DNA of 64,000 nt from a virus (taxonomy: Duplodnaviria; Heunggongvirae; Uroviricota; Caudoviricetes). Position 1 is the first letter of the stretch. Each line of letters opens with the position of its first letter. The notes under the pieces were generated by a model that made no database searches, had not been told where the DNA came from, and was given only the letters and a program-made list of their open reading frames with translations. Made by a program: the position numbers and the translations under genes. Location of the stretch: IMG/VR virus record IMGVR_UViG_3300031759_000002. One strand, given 5' to 3'. Below are positions 18,920 to 28,511 of the stretch, in pieces.

Positions 18920-19750
18920 ATGGCACTTAACATAGAAAAACTACAAAATAAACTTAAACAATTAGAATCTGGTAAAAAAACCGTTGATTTTAATCGTCTT
19001 CTCTGGAAACCAAGAGAAGGTACTCAAAGAATCCGAATAGTTCCTTATCGCCCAAATGGTGAAGAACAAGATTCTCCATTTATTGAATTGAAGTTTTATT
19101 ACAAGTTCAATGGAATTGCTTCTATATTGGCACCTTCCACTTTTGGAAAACCTGATCCATTTCAAGAGAGATTTGAGGCTCTTACTACAAACGGTACTAC
19201 GGAAGAAAAGGAATTAGCAAACAAGCACTTTAAGTCGGTTGCTAGAACTTATGTTCCTATTATTGTTCGTGGTGAAGAGGAACAAGGGGTTCGTTTCTGG
19301 GGATTTGGAATTACGGTATATAAGCAATTGCTTTCTTATTGTAATACTGAATGGGGCGATATTACAGATTTACGTGAAGGCAATGATATTGACGTTAAAT
19401 TCATTGAAAAAGGTCAGAAAATTGATAAGAAAACTGGAAAACCTTTTCCTGAGACAACTATTATTCCAAGTCCGAAGAAAACTTTAGCGGTATCTCCTAC
19501 CAATAAAGAGGCTATGGAAAGCATCCGAAAACAATTGGATATTACTCAAGTATTCCCATTGAAGACGTATGAGGAATTGGACGCAATTATCGAAGATTAT
19601 TTGGCTCCAGAAGGTCAAGAGCCTTCGACAGCCGAAGTCGAAAAAGCATCGGCTACAGTTGATAAAAAAGACGTTGCTGAAACTGCAACGCCGGTTCCAA
19701 CTGCGGCAGAAGAAGAAGATTTTGACAAGTTTTTTGCAAAATCATCTTAA
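18920..19750 (+). CDS. single-stranded DNA-binding protein (T4 gp32-like)
   Basis: LWKP, IRIVP, GVRFWGFG, GDITDLREGNDI, acidic tail EEEDFDKFF. Confidence 0.88.
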   Translation: MALNIEKLQNKLKQLESGKKTVDFNRLLWKPREGTQRIRIVPYRPNGEEQDSPFIELKFYYKFNGIASILAPSTFGKPDPFQERFEALTTNGTTEEKELANKHFKSVARTYVPIIVRGEEEQGVRFWGFGITVYKQLLSYCNTEWGDITDLREGNDIDVKFIEKGQKIDKKTGKPFPETTIIPSPKKTLAVSPTNKEAMESIRKQLDITQVFPLKTYEELDAIIEDYLAPEGQEPSTAEVEKASATVDKKDVAETATPVPTAAEEEDFDKFFAKSS

Positions 19751-19761
19751 AATATAATTAC

Positions 19762-19807
19762 AAAAAAGACCGTATAATATTTTTAGTATTATACGGTCTT
19801 TTTATTT
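19762..19807 (+). terminator. intrinsic terminator after SSB
   Basis: 14-bp stem AAGACCGTATAATA/TATTATACGGTCTT followed by a T run. Confidence 0.85.
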
Positions 19808-19819
19808 ATTTAAAAAAAG

Positions 19820-19847
19820 TTGATAAAACTAAAAAAGTTGATATAAT
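19820..19847 (+). promoter_or_regulatory. sigma70-type promoter (leaderless)
   Basis: TTGATA-N16-TATAAT-N6-ATG. Confidence 0.75.
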
Positions 19848-19853
19848 ATTTCT

Positions 19854-20261
19854 ATGGATGTAGAATTTCCATTTATGGCAAATAAATTATCTCTAAATAA
19901 TAGAATATATCCTAATGATGTCTTAAATGAAGCTATTATTAAATATAAAAAACAATATGTTGAAACTAAACATGCATTTTTATATAGTGGTATGAATCAG
20001 GATATTACAAATATTTGTTCTCAAATTTCGGATATTAACTTAAGTCCAGATGGAAAAGTATCTCTTTGTTTAGATACAACTGTAAATCCTAAACAAATTC
20101 CAATTAAAGAATTCTTAGAAAGCGGAACCTTTACATTAACCCCAGTTGGTATTGGAAACTTATCTGATAAACAAGAAAATGGTTCATATTTAGTTTCTAA
20201 TTATGAAATTGAATATATAGCACTTATTTCAAATGAACCTTTAGAACAAATTAAAAAATAA
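19854..20261 (+). CDS. degenerate prohead-protease (gp21)-like protein
   Basis: LNNRIYPNDVLNEAIIKY matches the gp21 N.NGR.YP motif; GELxHP and SSRG catalytic motifs are absent. Confidence 0.55.
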   Translation: MDVEFPFMANKLSLNNRIYPNDVLNEAIIKYKKQYVETKHAFLYSGMNQDITNICSQISDINLSPDGKVSLCLDTTVNPKQIPIKEFLESGTFTLTPVGIGNLSDKQENGSYLVSNYEIEYIALISNEPLEQIKK

Positions 20262-20265
20262 AATT

Positions 20266-20583
20266 ATGGCAAAAGAAAAAAATATAAATACAAAATCAAA
20301 ACATGTAGAAGTAGAGTCTAATGTTAATAGAGATGATTTAGCGTTGTTGCTACAAACCGCAATGAATAAGGCATCTAAAGATGGAACCAAAGTAGCATAT
20401 TTCGTAGATGAAGATGATAATCCATCCGAAATAAAAGAATGGGTATCAACCGGTTCAACTTTATTAGATTTGGCAATTTCTAATAGAGCACACGGAGGTC
20501 TACCTGTAGGTAGAGTGACCGAATTATCAGGATTAGAAGGCTGTGTTACGGAAGATACTTTAATTGAAGTTATTATTGAATAA
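20266..20583 (+). CDS. uvsX: UvsX/RecA recombinase N-fragment + 13-aa IntN (20542-20580)
   Basis: WVSTGSTLLDLAIS...GGLPVGRVTELSGLEG, then CVTEDTLIEVIIE*. Confidence 0.92.
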   Translation: MAKEKNINTKSKHVEVESNVNRDDLALLLQTAMNKASKDGTKVAYFVDEDDNPSEIKEWVSTGSTLLDLAISNRAHGGLPVGRVTELSGLEGCVTEDTLIEVIIE

Positions 20584-20630
20584 TTTTTATGTAGCCTGAT
20601 ATTTATATTATATTACCAATATTAAATATT

Positions 20631-21716
20631 ATGGCTAAAAAAGTAACAGATGCACAGACAATAGACACGATTATATCATCTATACACGATGGTTTAAGCG
20701 AAACGGAAATCTTCCAATTAAAAATTGGAAGAAAGCCTATTAGGAGAATTGCAAATGAATTTAATTTAGTTGATAAATTAAAATATAATAACATTAAATA
20801 TAAATCAAATCAACTTAGTGAATATGCGCTTGCTAAAAGAAATATAAAACTTATAGAATTAGATAAAATATATGGAATGTTAGTATTGGAATCCATTAAT
20901 AATGGAGGAATATTACAAGATGTTAAAAACATAATGAAAAATATTTCGCATAAGCAAGTTTTATATTTTTTAAAATATAAAAATTTAGATATACAGAGAA
21001 AAGAGAATTCTAAAAATTATATTAATATACAGTCTAAGATAAACGGAAGAAAAGCAATACCAATTACACGGGGAGTAGAATTAAAACCAATTACCTCAAA
21101 AATCATAAAGAGATTTGAGGAATTAAAACATAAGTTAAAATATAAACAGCAAGTTTATAATACATTGAAGAATGAATTTGGATTTGGAAGTGTAAAATGC
21201 AAGCAATTATGTGAAAAATACGGATATCCTAAAAATAATCCACAAACCGGACGGTTAAATCCGATGTATGGTAAATCGCCCGGAAAAAATGCAGGAATTG
21301 GAGTTAAGTGTTGGATATTAAACGATGGAATAAAATATTTTTGTAGATCTTCATTAGAATTGCGAATAATGTGTCATTTGATTTTTAACAATATTACATT
21401 CCAAATATCAAAACATAGAATAAAATATAAAGATGATATGGGAATTGGTCGAACATACTGTCCTGATATAGTAATAGGAAATTCGATTTATGAAATAAAA
21501 CCATATAATATGTTGCCAATTAGATTAAATGTGTTAAAATCAGAGGCATTAAAAGAATATTGTTCCAGATTTAATTTAAAATATGGAGGGTATTTGACGG
21601 AGAATGATATTGACATATCAAAATATGATATTAATTTTATATCGACTCTTATAAATTCTGGTAAAATAATAATAGACAATAAAAATTTAGAAAAATTAAA
21701 AAGAAATATTATATGA
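20631..21716 (+). CDS. free-standing endonuclease (TnsA-like PD-(D/E)xK) inside the split uvsX
   Basis: NPMYGK, CRSSLELR, RTYCPD...YEIKP; own ATATTTATA at 20599-20607. Confidence 0.78.
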   Translation: MAKKVTDAQTIDTIISSIHDGLSETEIFQLKIGRKPIRRIANEFNLVDKLKYNNIKYKSNQLSEYALAKRNIKLIELDKIYGMLVLESINNGGILQDVKNIMKNISHKQVLYFLKYKNLDIQRKENSKNYINIQSKINGRKAIPITRGVELKPITSKIIKRFEELKHKLKYKQQVYNTLKNEFGFGSVKCKQLCEKYGYPKNNPQTGRLNPMYGKSPGKNAGIGVKCWILNDGIKYFCRSSLELRIMCHLIFNNITFQISKHRIKYKDDMGIGRTYCPDIVIGNSIYEIKPYNMLPIRLNVLKSEALKEYCSRFNLKYGGYLTENDIDISKYDINFISTLINSGKIIIDNKNLEKLKRNII

Positions 21717-22990
21717 ATAAAAAAATAATAACTGTAGGAGAAGTAGATTCTCTCCTTAAAGAAGGAAAAACCATAAAAGTAAAAACATTGAATGGTGAAT
21801 ATACAAAAATAACCAGATTTGTTAATAAAGGTATATTGGATACATATTTAGTAACATTAGATAATGGAAAAACTATAAAAGTGAGTCGAGAACATAAGTT
21901 TTTTACAAATTCTGGATGGGTAGAATGTAAAGATATAATCCCTAATAAACATAGTATTTTATGTGATGATGAAACTTATAGTATAGTATTATCAGTTGCT
22001 TTAATTGGAAAATATAAAATTGTAGATATTACGGTCGAACATCCAGAACATTGTTATTTTGGAAATGGGATGCTAAATCATAACACCGGTAAATCTTTAA
22101 TGTGCGCTCATATTATTGCAGAAACAAGTAAACTTGGTGGATATAGTGTATTTTTTGATTCTGAGTTTGCAGTTGATAGAAAGTTTTGGACTGCGCTTGG
22201 AGTAAATGTTAAAAATACAAATTATGTTCCATTTACAACATTGGAAGATTTATTTACACATATAGAAACTTGTATAGGTGCTTTTAGAAAAGCAAATAAA
22301 GATAAATTATTAACTATTTTTATTGATTCAGTAGCACAAGCTACTATCGAAAAAGAACTTGAAGCAGAACATGGGATTGATGGATATAATACAGGAAAAT
22401 CCCTAATCTTAGGAAAGGCATTCCGAAAAATAACCGGTCTTATTGCTAAACAAAGAATCCTGATTGTATTTACTAATCAATTAAGATTTAATATGAATGC
22501 AGGTCCATTCGGAGACAAATGGACTACTCCCGGTGGAAAATCTTTAAGTTATGCGTGTTCTACCAGAGTAAGAATGGGAACCATTGGAAAATTGAAGAAA
22601 AATGATGAAGTAATTGGAGTAAAATGTACTTGTCAAGTTATTAAGAGTAGAATGGGACCGGGAGCACGAGGAGCACAATTTGAAATCCATTATGATTCCG
22701 GTATCCAAGATTTGGCAAGTTGGCTTAATTTCTCAAAAGAGCGTGGAATTATAACTGGAACTGCTGCTAAATATACATGGAAAAGAGCAAATGGAGAATC
22801 ATTGGAGTTTAATACTTCTAAGTTTGTAGAACTTATGAACTCTGATAAAGATCTTAAAGAAGAGTTTTATCAAGTGATTTGTAATGATTATATTATGAAT
22901 TATAGAGACCCTAATTCTAAAATTGTGGAAGACATTGAAGAAGTATCAGAGGAAGTTCCTCCTATTACTGAATCAAAATCAGAAGAATAA
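21713..22990 (+). CDS. uvsX: 124-aa IntC (21713-22084) + UvsX/RecA C-fragment
   Basis: Intein block B VSREH, block F VDITV, block G HN/T; then TGKS (Walker A), FIDSV (Walker B), FTNQLR, TTPGGK. Confidence 0.92.
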   Translation: MNKKIITVGEVDSLLKEGKTIKVKTLNGEYTKITRFVNKGILDTYLVTLDNGKTIKVSREHKFFTNSGWVECKDIIPNKHSILCDDETYSIVLSVALIGKYKIVDITVEHPEHCYFGNGMLNHNTGKSLMCAHIIAETSKLGGYSVFFDSEFAVDRKFWTALGVNVKNTNYVPFTTLEDLFTHIETCIGAFRKANKDKLLTIFIDSVAQATIEKELEAEHGIDGYNTGKSLILGKAFRKITGLIAKQRILIVFTNQLRFNMNAGPFGDKWTTPGGKSLSYACSTRVRMGTIGKLKKNDEVIGVKCTCQVIKSRMGPGARGAQFEIHYDSGIQDLASWLNFSKERGIITGTAAKYTWKRANGESLEFNTSKFVELMNSDKDLKEEFYQVICNDYIMNYRDPNSKIVEDIEEVSEEVPPITESKSEE

Positions 22991-23009
22991 CTCTTCTAAA
23001 TAGTTACCG

Positions 23010-23038
23010 AAAAGAGTGGTGAAAGTCCACTCTTTTTT
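23010..23038 (+). terminator. intrinsic terminator after uvsX
   Basis: AAAAGAGTGG-N7-CCACTCTTTT + T run. Confidence 0.85.
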
Positions 23039-23053
23039 ATTTTCTAAAATAAG

Positions 23054-23081
23054 TTGATTATGTTTCAATTTAGTATATACT
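23054..23081 (+). promoter_or_regulatory. sigma70-type promoter (leaderless)
   Basis: TTGATT-N16-TATACT-N6-ATG. Confidence 0.7.
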
Positions 23082-23087
23082 TTTTAT

Positions 23088-23405
23088 ATGGGACATCGTA
23101 AAGAAAAAATATTAAACGAACAACGTAAACCATTCAACATTCCAATTGAATCAAATACTATTGATTCTTTTAAGGGAATAACATTACCTACTATAAATAA
23201 AAAGTTTCCGGCATTTGATATCAAAGAGTTTTTAGAAATACAGCCTTTATCTAAAGCAACTGGATTGGTTTTTTATTTGGATGAACCAAACTTAAATAAT
23301 AGATTATATCCTACTAAAGTATTGAAAACCGCAATTAAAGAACATAAACGAAAATATATTATAAAATGGTATAATAAATTATGGAATTGGATTAAAAACT
23401 TATGA
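23088..23405 (+). CDS. small chimeric protein: major-capsid (Gol-like) segment + gp21-like segment
   Basis: GITLPTINKKFP...EIQPLSKATGLVFYLD followed by NLNNRLYPTKVLKTAIKEH. Confidence 0.6.
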   Translation: MGHRKEKILNEQRKPFNIPIESNTIDSFKGITLPTINKKFPAFDIKEFLEIQPLSKATGLVFYLDEPNLNNRLYPTKVLKTAIKEHKRKYIIKWYNKLWNWIKNL

Positions 23406-24484
23406 GTGATGATTTAGATAAAGCCAAGTTATTTTCTTTTTTTAAAAACATAAAGTCCGAAATGAAGGATTCCCATTTAAACTGGAGAGATAAAACTAAT
23501 AATCATATCTTAATAGTTGATGGTAATAATCTATTCATCCGAGCATTTTGTGCCACCGTCTCAATGAATGCCAATGGCGAACATAGTGGTGGAGTTGTGG
23601 CTTCTCTAAAATCTTTAGGTGCGGCAATTAAATTATTAACTCCTTCTCGTTGTATAGTAGTATTTGACGGAGTTGGGGGGTCTCAAAAAAGAAAAGCAAT
23701 CTTCCCTGCCTATAAAGCATATAGCACAAATAAAATTAGATTGAATAGAGTATATGATGATGATTCTACTCCTGATAATGAAGACCAACAGAAACAAAAA
23801 GAATATCTTCAATTTATAAATTATCTTCAAGTATTACCAGTAAATATAGTAAGCGAAAATATGGTTGAAGCCGATGACGTAATATCTTATCTGGCATTGG
23901 AGCAATTTAAAAACTCCAAAAAAGTAACTATAATGTCAACTGATAAGGATTTTTTACAGTTGGCAAGTTCTAAAGTTCAAATATATTCTCCTACTAAAAA
24001 ACGAATATATGGAGTGAATGAAGTTATTTCGGAATATAATATTCATCCTAATAATTTTGTGTTATTTAGAAGTATGGACGGAGATAAAAGTGATAATATA
24101 AATGGAATTGAAAGAGCCGGTTTAAAAACTGTATGTAAGCATTTTCCATATTTAAAAGAAGAAACAATTCATACTATTGATGAGATTGTGAATCATGCGA
24201 CTGATATGCGAAATAAGTTTGTAGTATGTGAGAATATTGTTACTAATAAATCTATAATAGAACGTAATTATGCATTGATGCAATTAAAAGATACTATGTT
24301 AGGAACTACTTCCCAATTACATCTTCAAGAAATATTAACTGAAAATAAAATACCAAAATTAGATAGAAATGCATTTTTTAAATTAGTAAGAAATGATAGA
24401 TTAGATGTAAATATGCCAGATTATAATAATTGGGTATCTGACGTATTTTCATTCTTGGATAATCAAGTAAGAGATGGAAAATAA
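23402..24484 (+). CDS. rnh: 5'-3' exonuclease / RNase H (T4 rnh, FEN family)
   Basis: ILIVDGNNLFIR, VVFDG, EADDVI, MSTDKDFLQL, GDKSDNINGI. Confidence 0.92.
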   Translation: MSDDLDKAKLFSFFKNIKSEMKDSHLNWRDKTNNHILIVDGNNLFIRAFCATVSMNANGEHSGGVVASLKSLGAAIKLLTPSRCIVVFDGVGGSQKRKAIFPAYKAYSTNKIRLNRVYDDDSTPDNEDQQKQKEYLQFINYLQVLPVNIVSENMVEADDVISYLALEQFKNSKKVTIMSTDKDFLQLASSKVQIYSPTKKRIYGVNEVISEYNIHPNNFVLFRSMDGDKSDNINGIERAGLKTVCKHFPYLKEETIHTIDEIVNHATDMRNKFVVCENIVTNKSIIERNYALMQLKDTMLGTTSQLHLQEILTENKIPKLDRNAFFKLVRNDRLDVNMPDYNNWVSDVFSFLDNQVRDGK

Positions 24485-25025
24485 TATGGATATAAATACT
24501 CTTAAATTTAGAGCATGGAATCAAAAGTTAAATAACATGTATTACTTTATATTTGAAGAACTGGAATCTAATTGTATTGTAGTATTAGGAAATGCAGGAC
24601 CAACTGTGTTAATACCTTTATCAGAATGTGTTATACAAAGATATACTGGGCTTCAGGACAACTATTTAAAAGATTTATATGAAGGAGATATACTTAAAAT
24701 GTCTCGTAATTATATTCCTATTACATATGATAATAATGATATGTATCGAAAAGAACCAGTATATGGAGAATATAAGGTTGATATTGAATATGGAGAAGTG
24801 GTATTCGATAGTCCAACAGACCAAGATGATTTTTATACTAAACCAATGGTAGGATGGTGTTTAAAAATGCCAACCACGACAACTTCATTATTACATAAAC
24901 TTGATGAATATAATCCTAAATATATTCATACTAATACATATTATAAAGATTTATATAGAAATATTTGTAAAGAAGGTAGTGTATTTGAAACTCCTCAATT
25001 TCTAAAAGACATTTATCCTCAATAA
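24474..25025 (+). CDS. YopX-family protein
   Basis: LKFRAW...QRYTGLQD...LYEGDIL...EGSVFETPQFL. Confidence 0.8.
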   Translation: MENNMDINTLKFRAWNQKLNNMYYFIFEELESNCIVVLGNAGPTVLIPLSECVIQRYTGLQDNYLKDLYEGDILKMSRNYIPITYDNNDMYRKEPVYGEYKVDIEYGEVVFDSPTDQDDFYTKPMVGWCLKMPTTTTSLLHKLDEYNPKYIHTNTYYKDLYRNICKEGSVFETPQFLKDIYPQ

Positions 25026-25056
25026 ATAAGCCCTTATAAAAAGGGCTTTATTATTT
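25026..25056. terminator. bidirectional terminator between convergent genes
   Basis: AAGCCCTT-N5-AAGGGCTT flanked by A/T runs. Confidence 0.75.
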
Positions 25057-25885
25057 ATGGTTTCCAATTTTTAGGAGGCTCACAGTATCTTGATTCTTTG
25101 AAAGGTTCGGGAAATGCTACTTGTTTTTCACTTGTTATAGGAACTCCCATCTCAATTAAAGATTCCCTTGTAGCGTAATAAATATCAATTGAATCTATTA
25201 TATTTTGCCTTTCAAACTCTACTTCGATAACTTTACTTTCCTTCGCTTCTCCAAATGAAGTTGACATATCAAATCCTCTGGGTTCTATTGGATAGTTTTG
25301 CACCACGTTATTTATGTTGTATCCATATTTACCATCTCCATATAATCCACCAATAGAAGAATTAGACGTGCAATTTGATGCATTACACATTGTTTGGGAG
25401 TGTATCGAACTTCCCCATGTTATATCATTATAATATTTCGATGGGTTTGTATTATCACAACTTAGATAATCGTTATTATATTTAGTATAACTTACTGTCG
25501 GTTTTATTTTTTCATTAAAAATACGAACACCAATAACTCCAACATTACGTTCACTTCCATCTTTTTTAGATGCGGCATATCCTTTTGATTTTACATCGAA
25601 CTTAAATTGTGATACCTCATTATCGCTAATTCTAAATCCATCTATTTTTACGGATGTATATCCATTTATAACATAACCAGCCCCAGTTAATGCATCTTCA
25701 TTTTTTCCAGTAATCGTATTTAACGAATCGACACTGGATACTGATAGAACTCTATTATATGAATTATTTTTAATTTCTAATACATAATTAGAACCTGATT
25801 TTGCTTCTATAAATCGTTTTCCATTGTGGGAATAGATTTTACAACGTGAACCATTGACGAGAACATTTATTTCGTAGTTTGACAT
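25055..25885 (-). CDS. conserved hypothetical protein
   Basis: VDSLN..G...GYVI...IDGFR...F.F...Y...NVGVIGVRIF..E family motif; SD AAAGG; TTGACA-N16-TATACT promoter with -35 at 25980-25985. Confidence 0.75.
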   Translation of the reverse strand: MSNYEINVLVNGSRCKIYSHNGKRFIEAKSGSNYVLEIKNNSYNRVLSVSSVDSLNTITGKNEDALTGAGYVINGYTSVKIDGFRISDNEVSQFKFDVKSKGYAASKKDGSERNVGVIGVRIFNEKIKPTVSYTKYNNDYLSCDNTNPSKYYNDITWGSSIHSQTMCNASNCTSNSSIGGLYGDGKYGYNINNVVQNYPIEPRGFDMSTSFGEAKESKVIEVEFERQNIIDSIDIYYATRESLIEMGVPITSEKQVAFPEPFKESRYCEPPKNWKP

Positions 25886-26032
25886 ATATACCTTTTCTTT
25901 TATTGTTAATATTTAAGAACTTGGCGGACCTACATCCGATTTCGTATCTTACCTATAAGTATATATTAAAAATGAAAAATGTCAAATTATTTTAATATAA
26001 AAAAGTTTAATAAAATCCGGTTTTAAAAAAAG

Positions 26033-26061
26033 TTGAAAGATACTTATTTTTACTATAGACT
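26033..26061 (+). promoter_or_regulatory. sigma70-type promoter
   Basis: TTGAAA-N17-TAGACT-N8-ATG. Confidence 0.6.
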
Positions 26062-26069
26062 GTTAAACT

Positions 26070-27419
26070 ATGAATGAAGAATATAATAAAGTAGATACGT
26101 TAGCATCCCGACAATATGAAAAAGAGTTTCAAGCAAAAGTAATTTCAGTTCTAATTTCAGATAGGGCTTTTTTGGAGAGAATATATGATATATTAACTCC
26201 TGATTTTTTTGATACCGACCAACAAAAATGGATAGTTTCCAAAATCATAGACCACTGGAAACAGTATAAAGATACTCCTACTATGATGATTTTGGGACAA
26301 GAATGTAATTTAATTTCTGATAGTACCCTTCAAATGGCGGTAAAATCCCAGTTATTATCCGCTTTTAAAAATGCATCTGCTACCGATTTAACGTATGTTA
26401 AGGATAAGTTTTTAGAGTTTTGTAAGCATCAAAAATTAAAATCGGCAATTGCAGATTCATTAGAACTTCTTAAAAATCAAAAGTTTGATACTATTAAATT
26501 AAAGTTAGATGAAGCTCTTAAAGCTGGAATGGATAGAGATATTGGGGAAAATTATTTTGAGAGTTTTGAAACTAGGTCGTCTAAAGATACTCGATACACA
26601 ATAAAAACAAATCAACCAATTTTAGATAAATTGATGGATGGCGGATTGGGAAAGGGAGAATTGGGTATTATATGTGGAAATCCCGGTGGATGTAAAAGCT
26701 GGACATTGGTTAATTTTGGAGCGGAAGCACTTAAACAAGGAAAAAATGTTCTTCATTTTACCATGGAATTAAGTGCTGATTATACTGGTCACAGATATGA
26801 TTCTTATTTATCTGGCATTCCATTTCAAGAACGTCAAGCAAATAAGGCTAAAATAAAAGTAGCGTTGGATGCTACGAAGGCTAATGGGGCTGGCACTTTA
26901 TACATTAAATATTTTCCATTAAAAACAGCTACGGCTGATACTTTAAAAGCATTTACCGAACATCTTCAAATTGTCACCGGTATTCATATTGATATGTGGG
27001 TAGTTGACTATGTGGATTTGTTATTATCTTCGACTGCACCCAAAGGTTCTAAATCATATGAAGATGCCGGGGCAAAAAGCGAAGAGGTCAGGTCTGTATT
27101 AGGGTCACTCCAAATAGCCGGTTGGTCGGTCTCTCAGGCTAATCGGTGTTTGTCTTTACAAACTATTGTGAACGAAGAACTTAAAGGTAATATTAAAATC
27201 AAAAATATAATAGTTGGAGATAAGATATTAACACATAACGGATATAGAAAAGTATCTTATATATATCCTGTTAAAAAACAACCAGTGTATAGAATTACAT
27301 TGAAAAGTGGTAAAATTATAGAATGTTCTGAAAATCATAGGTTTCCAACACAATATGAAAAACTAAAAAGTATTATAAGTGGCTTATCTATAGGAGATAA
27401 ATTATTTACTAAAAAATGA
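26070..27419 (+). CDS. dnaB: replicative helicase (gp41/DnaB) N-fragment + 90-aa IntN (27147-27416)
   Basis: GGLGKGEL..GNPGGCKS, FTMEL, VVDYVDLL, SQANR, then CLSLQT...CSENH...KK*. Confidence 0.93.
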   Translation: MNEEYNKVDTLASRQYEKEFQAKVISVLISDRAFLERIYDILTPDFFDTDQQKWIVSKIIDHWKQYKDTPTMMILGQECNLISDSTLQMAVKSQLLSAFKNASATDLTYVKDKFLEFCKHQKLKSAIADSLELLKNQKFDTIKLKLDEALKAGMDRDIGENYFESFETRSSKDTRYTIKTNQPILDKLMDGGLGKGELGIICGNPGGCKSWTLVNFGAEALKQGKNVLHFTMELSADYTGHRYDSYLSGIPFQERQANKAKIKVALDATKANGAGTLYIKYFPLKTATADTLKAFTEHLQIVTGIHIDMWVVDYVDLLLSSTAPKGSKSYEDAGAKSEEVRSVLGSLQIAGWSVSQANRCLSLQTIVNEELKGNIKIKNIIVGDKILTHNGYRKVSYIYPVKKQPVYRITLKSGKIIECSENHRFPTQYEKLKSIISGLSIGDKLFTKK

Positions 27420-27452
27420 TGTTTTTGTGGTTACGGTCCATATTTATATAAT

Positions 27453-28511
27453 ATGAAAGAATTATATTACAAAAATAGAGAACATTTTTTATCACAAAAA
27501 TTTGCGGCTCCATTTAAGGCAATTTTAACTAATCACTCTTTATTGGAAATTGATAGTATAATAAAAATATTTAATAAAAATTATATTAGAAATATAAAAA
27601 AAGAAATGATAGTTAAATTATTAAAATATAATGTTGATGGAAGTTGGGTAAAGAGGTTGACCGAATCGAAAAAATTCGGAAAAGATGGATTTTCATTAGC
27701 ATCATTACAACATAGATATGGTGATTTAATCGGCAAACAAATATTTGAGGAGCAAAATAAAAAAATTACAGCACGAAATCAAAATTATACAGTGGAACAA
27801 AAAGAAATAATATCTAAAAGAAAAATATCTAATTTAGGATTGGATGGATATATTAAAAAATATGGAAAAGAAGAGGGTAAAATAAAATGGGAGAAATATT
27901 TAAAAAATTGGAAACTTGGAATTGAGAAACGAAAGCAAAAAGGAAAATGGAAAAATGGAAGGACGCTGCCGGAATTTCAAAGTAAATGGGGAGTAGAAGA
28001 TGGATATAAACGTTGGAGGGCATCATATGATAAAAGAAATCATACATTGTCACTAATAGGATTTATTGAAAGGTTTGGTTCGATTGAAGGGGTTGAGAAA
28101 TATTATAACCATATAGAAAAAATGGTTTCTAATTGTAGAGGTAAAAGTAATCCATACAGCAAAATATCACAAGAGTTGTTTAATAATATAACATCTAAAT
28201 TAGTATCTAAACAAAAAGAATTGGTAAAGTATTTTACCTATAATAAAGAACAATCATTTTTTGCCAATGGAAAATATGGATTAAACTTAATTTATGTTGA
28301 TTTTAAATGTGGGAATGCTATAATAGAGTTTGATGGTAGTTATTGGCATTCCTTCCCATCCATCATAGAAAAAGATAAGCGAAGAGATTTATTTTTAATA
28401 TCATTAGGATATAAAATATTAAGAATTCCAGAAGAAGAATATCTTAAAAATAAAGAAAAAGTAATTAAAAAATGTATTAGATTTGTAAATAAATATTATG
28501 AAAGAACATAA
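27453..28511 (+). CDS. free-standing Vsr-like homing endonuclease inside the split dnaB
   Basis: Repeated YIKKYG.EEG units, VDFKCGNAIIEFDGSYWH, ILRIPE; own ATATTTATA at 27440-27448. Confidence 0.85.
   Translation: MKELYYKNREHFLSQKFAAPFKAILTNHSLLEIDSIIKIFNKNYIRNIKKEMIVKLLKYNVDGSWVKRLTESKKFGKDGFSLASLQHRYGDLIGKQIFEEQNKKITARNQNYTVEQKEIISKRKISNLGLDGYIKKYGKEEGKIKWEKYLKNWKLGIEKRKQKGKWKNGRTLPEFQSKWGVEDGYKRWRASYDKRNHTLSLIGFIERFGSIEGVEKYYNHIEKMVSNCRGKSNPYSKISQELFNNITSKLVSKQKELVKYFTYNKEQSFFANGKYGLNLIYVDFKCGNAIIEFDGSYWHSFPSIIEKDKRRDLFLISLGYKILRIPEEEYLKNKEKVIKKCIRFVNKYYERT

Noticed and set aside
20631-21716. TnsA-like ORFs as part of a Tn7-like transposon
   Set aside because: No TnsB/C/D genes or transposon ends; their position inside split-intein loci fits homing endonucleases.
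27417-27455. TGA readthrough fusing the DnaB IntN to the endonuclease (same frame, no intervening stop)
   Set aside because: The endonuclease-to-IntC junction is still out of frame and the nuclease has its own late motif, so the shared frame is probably chance.
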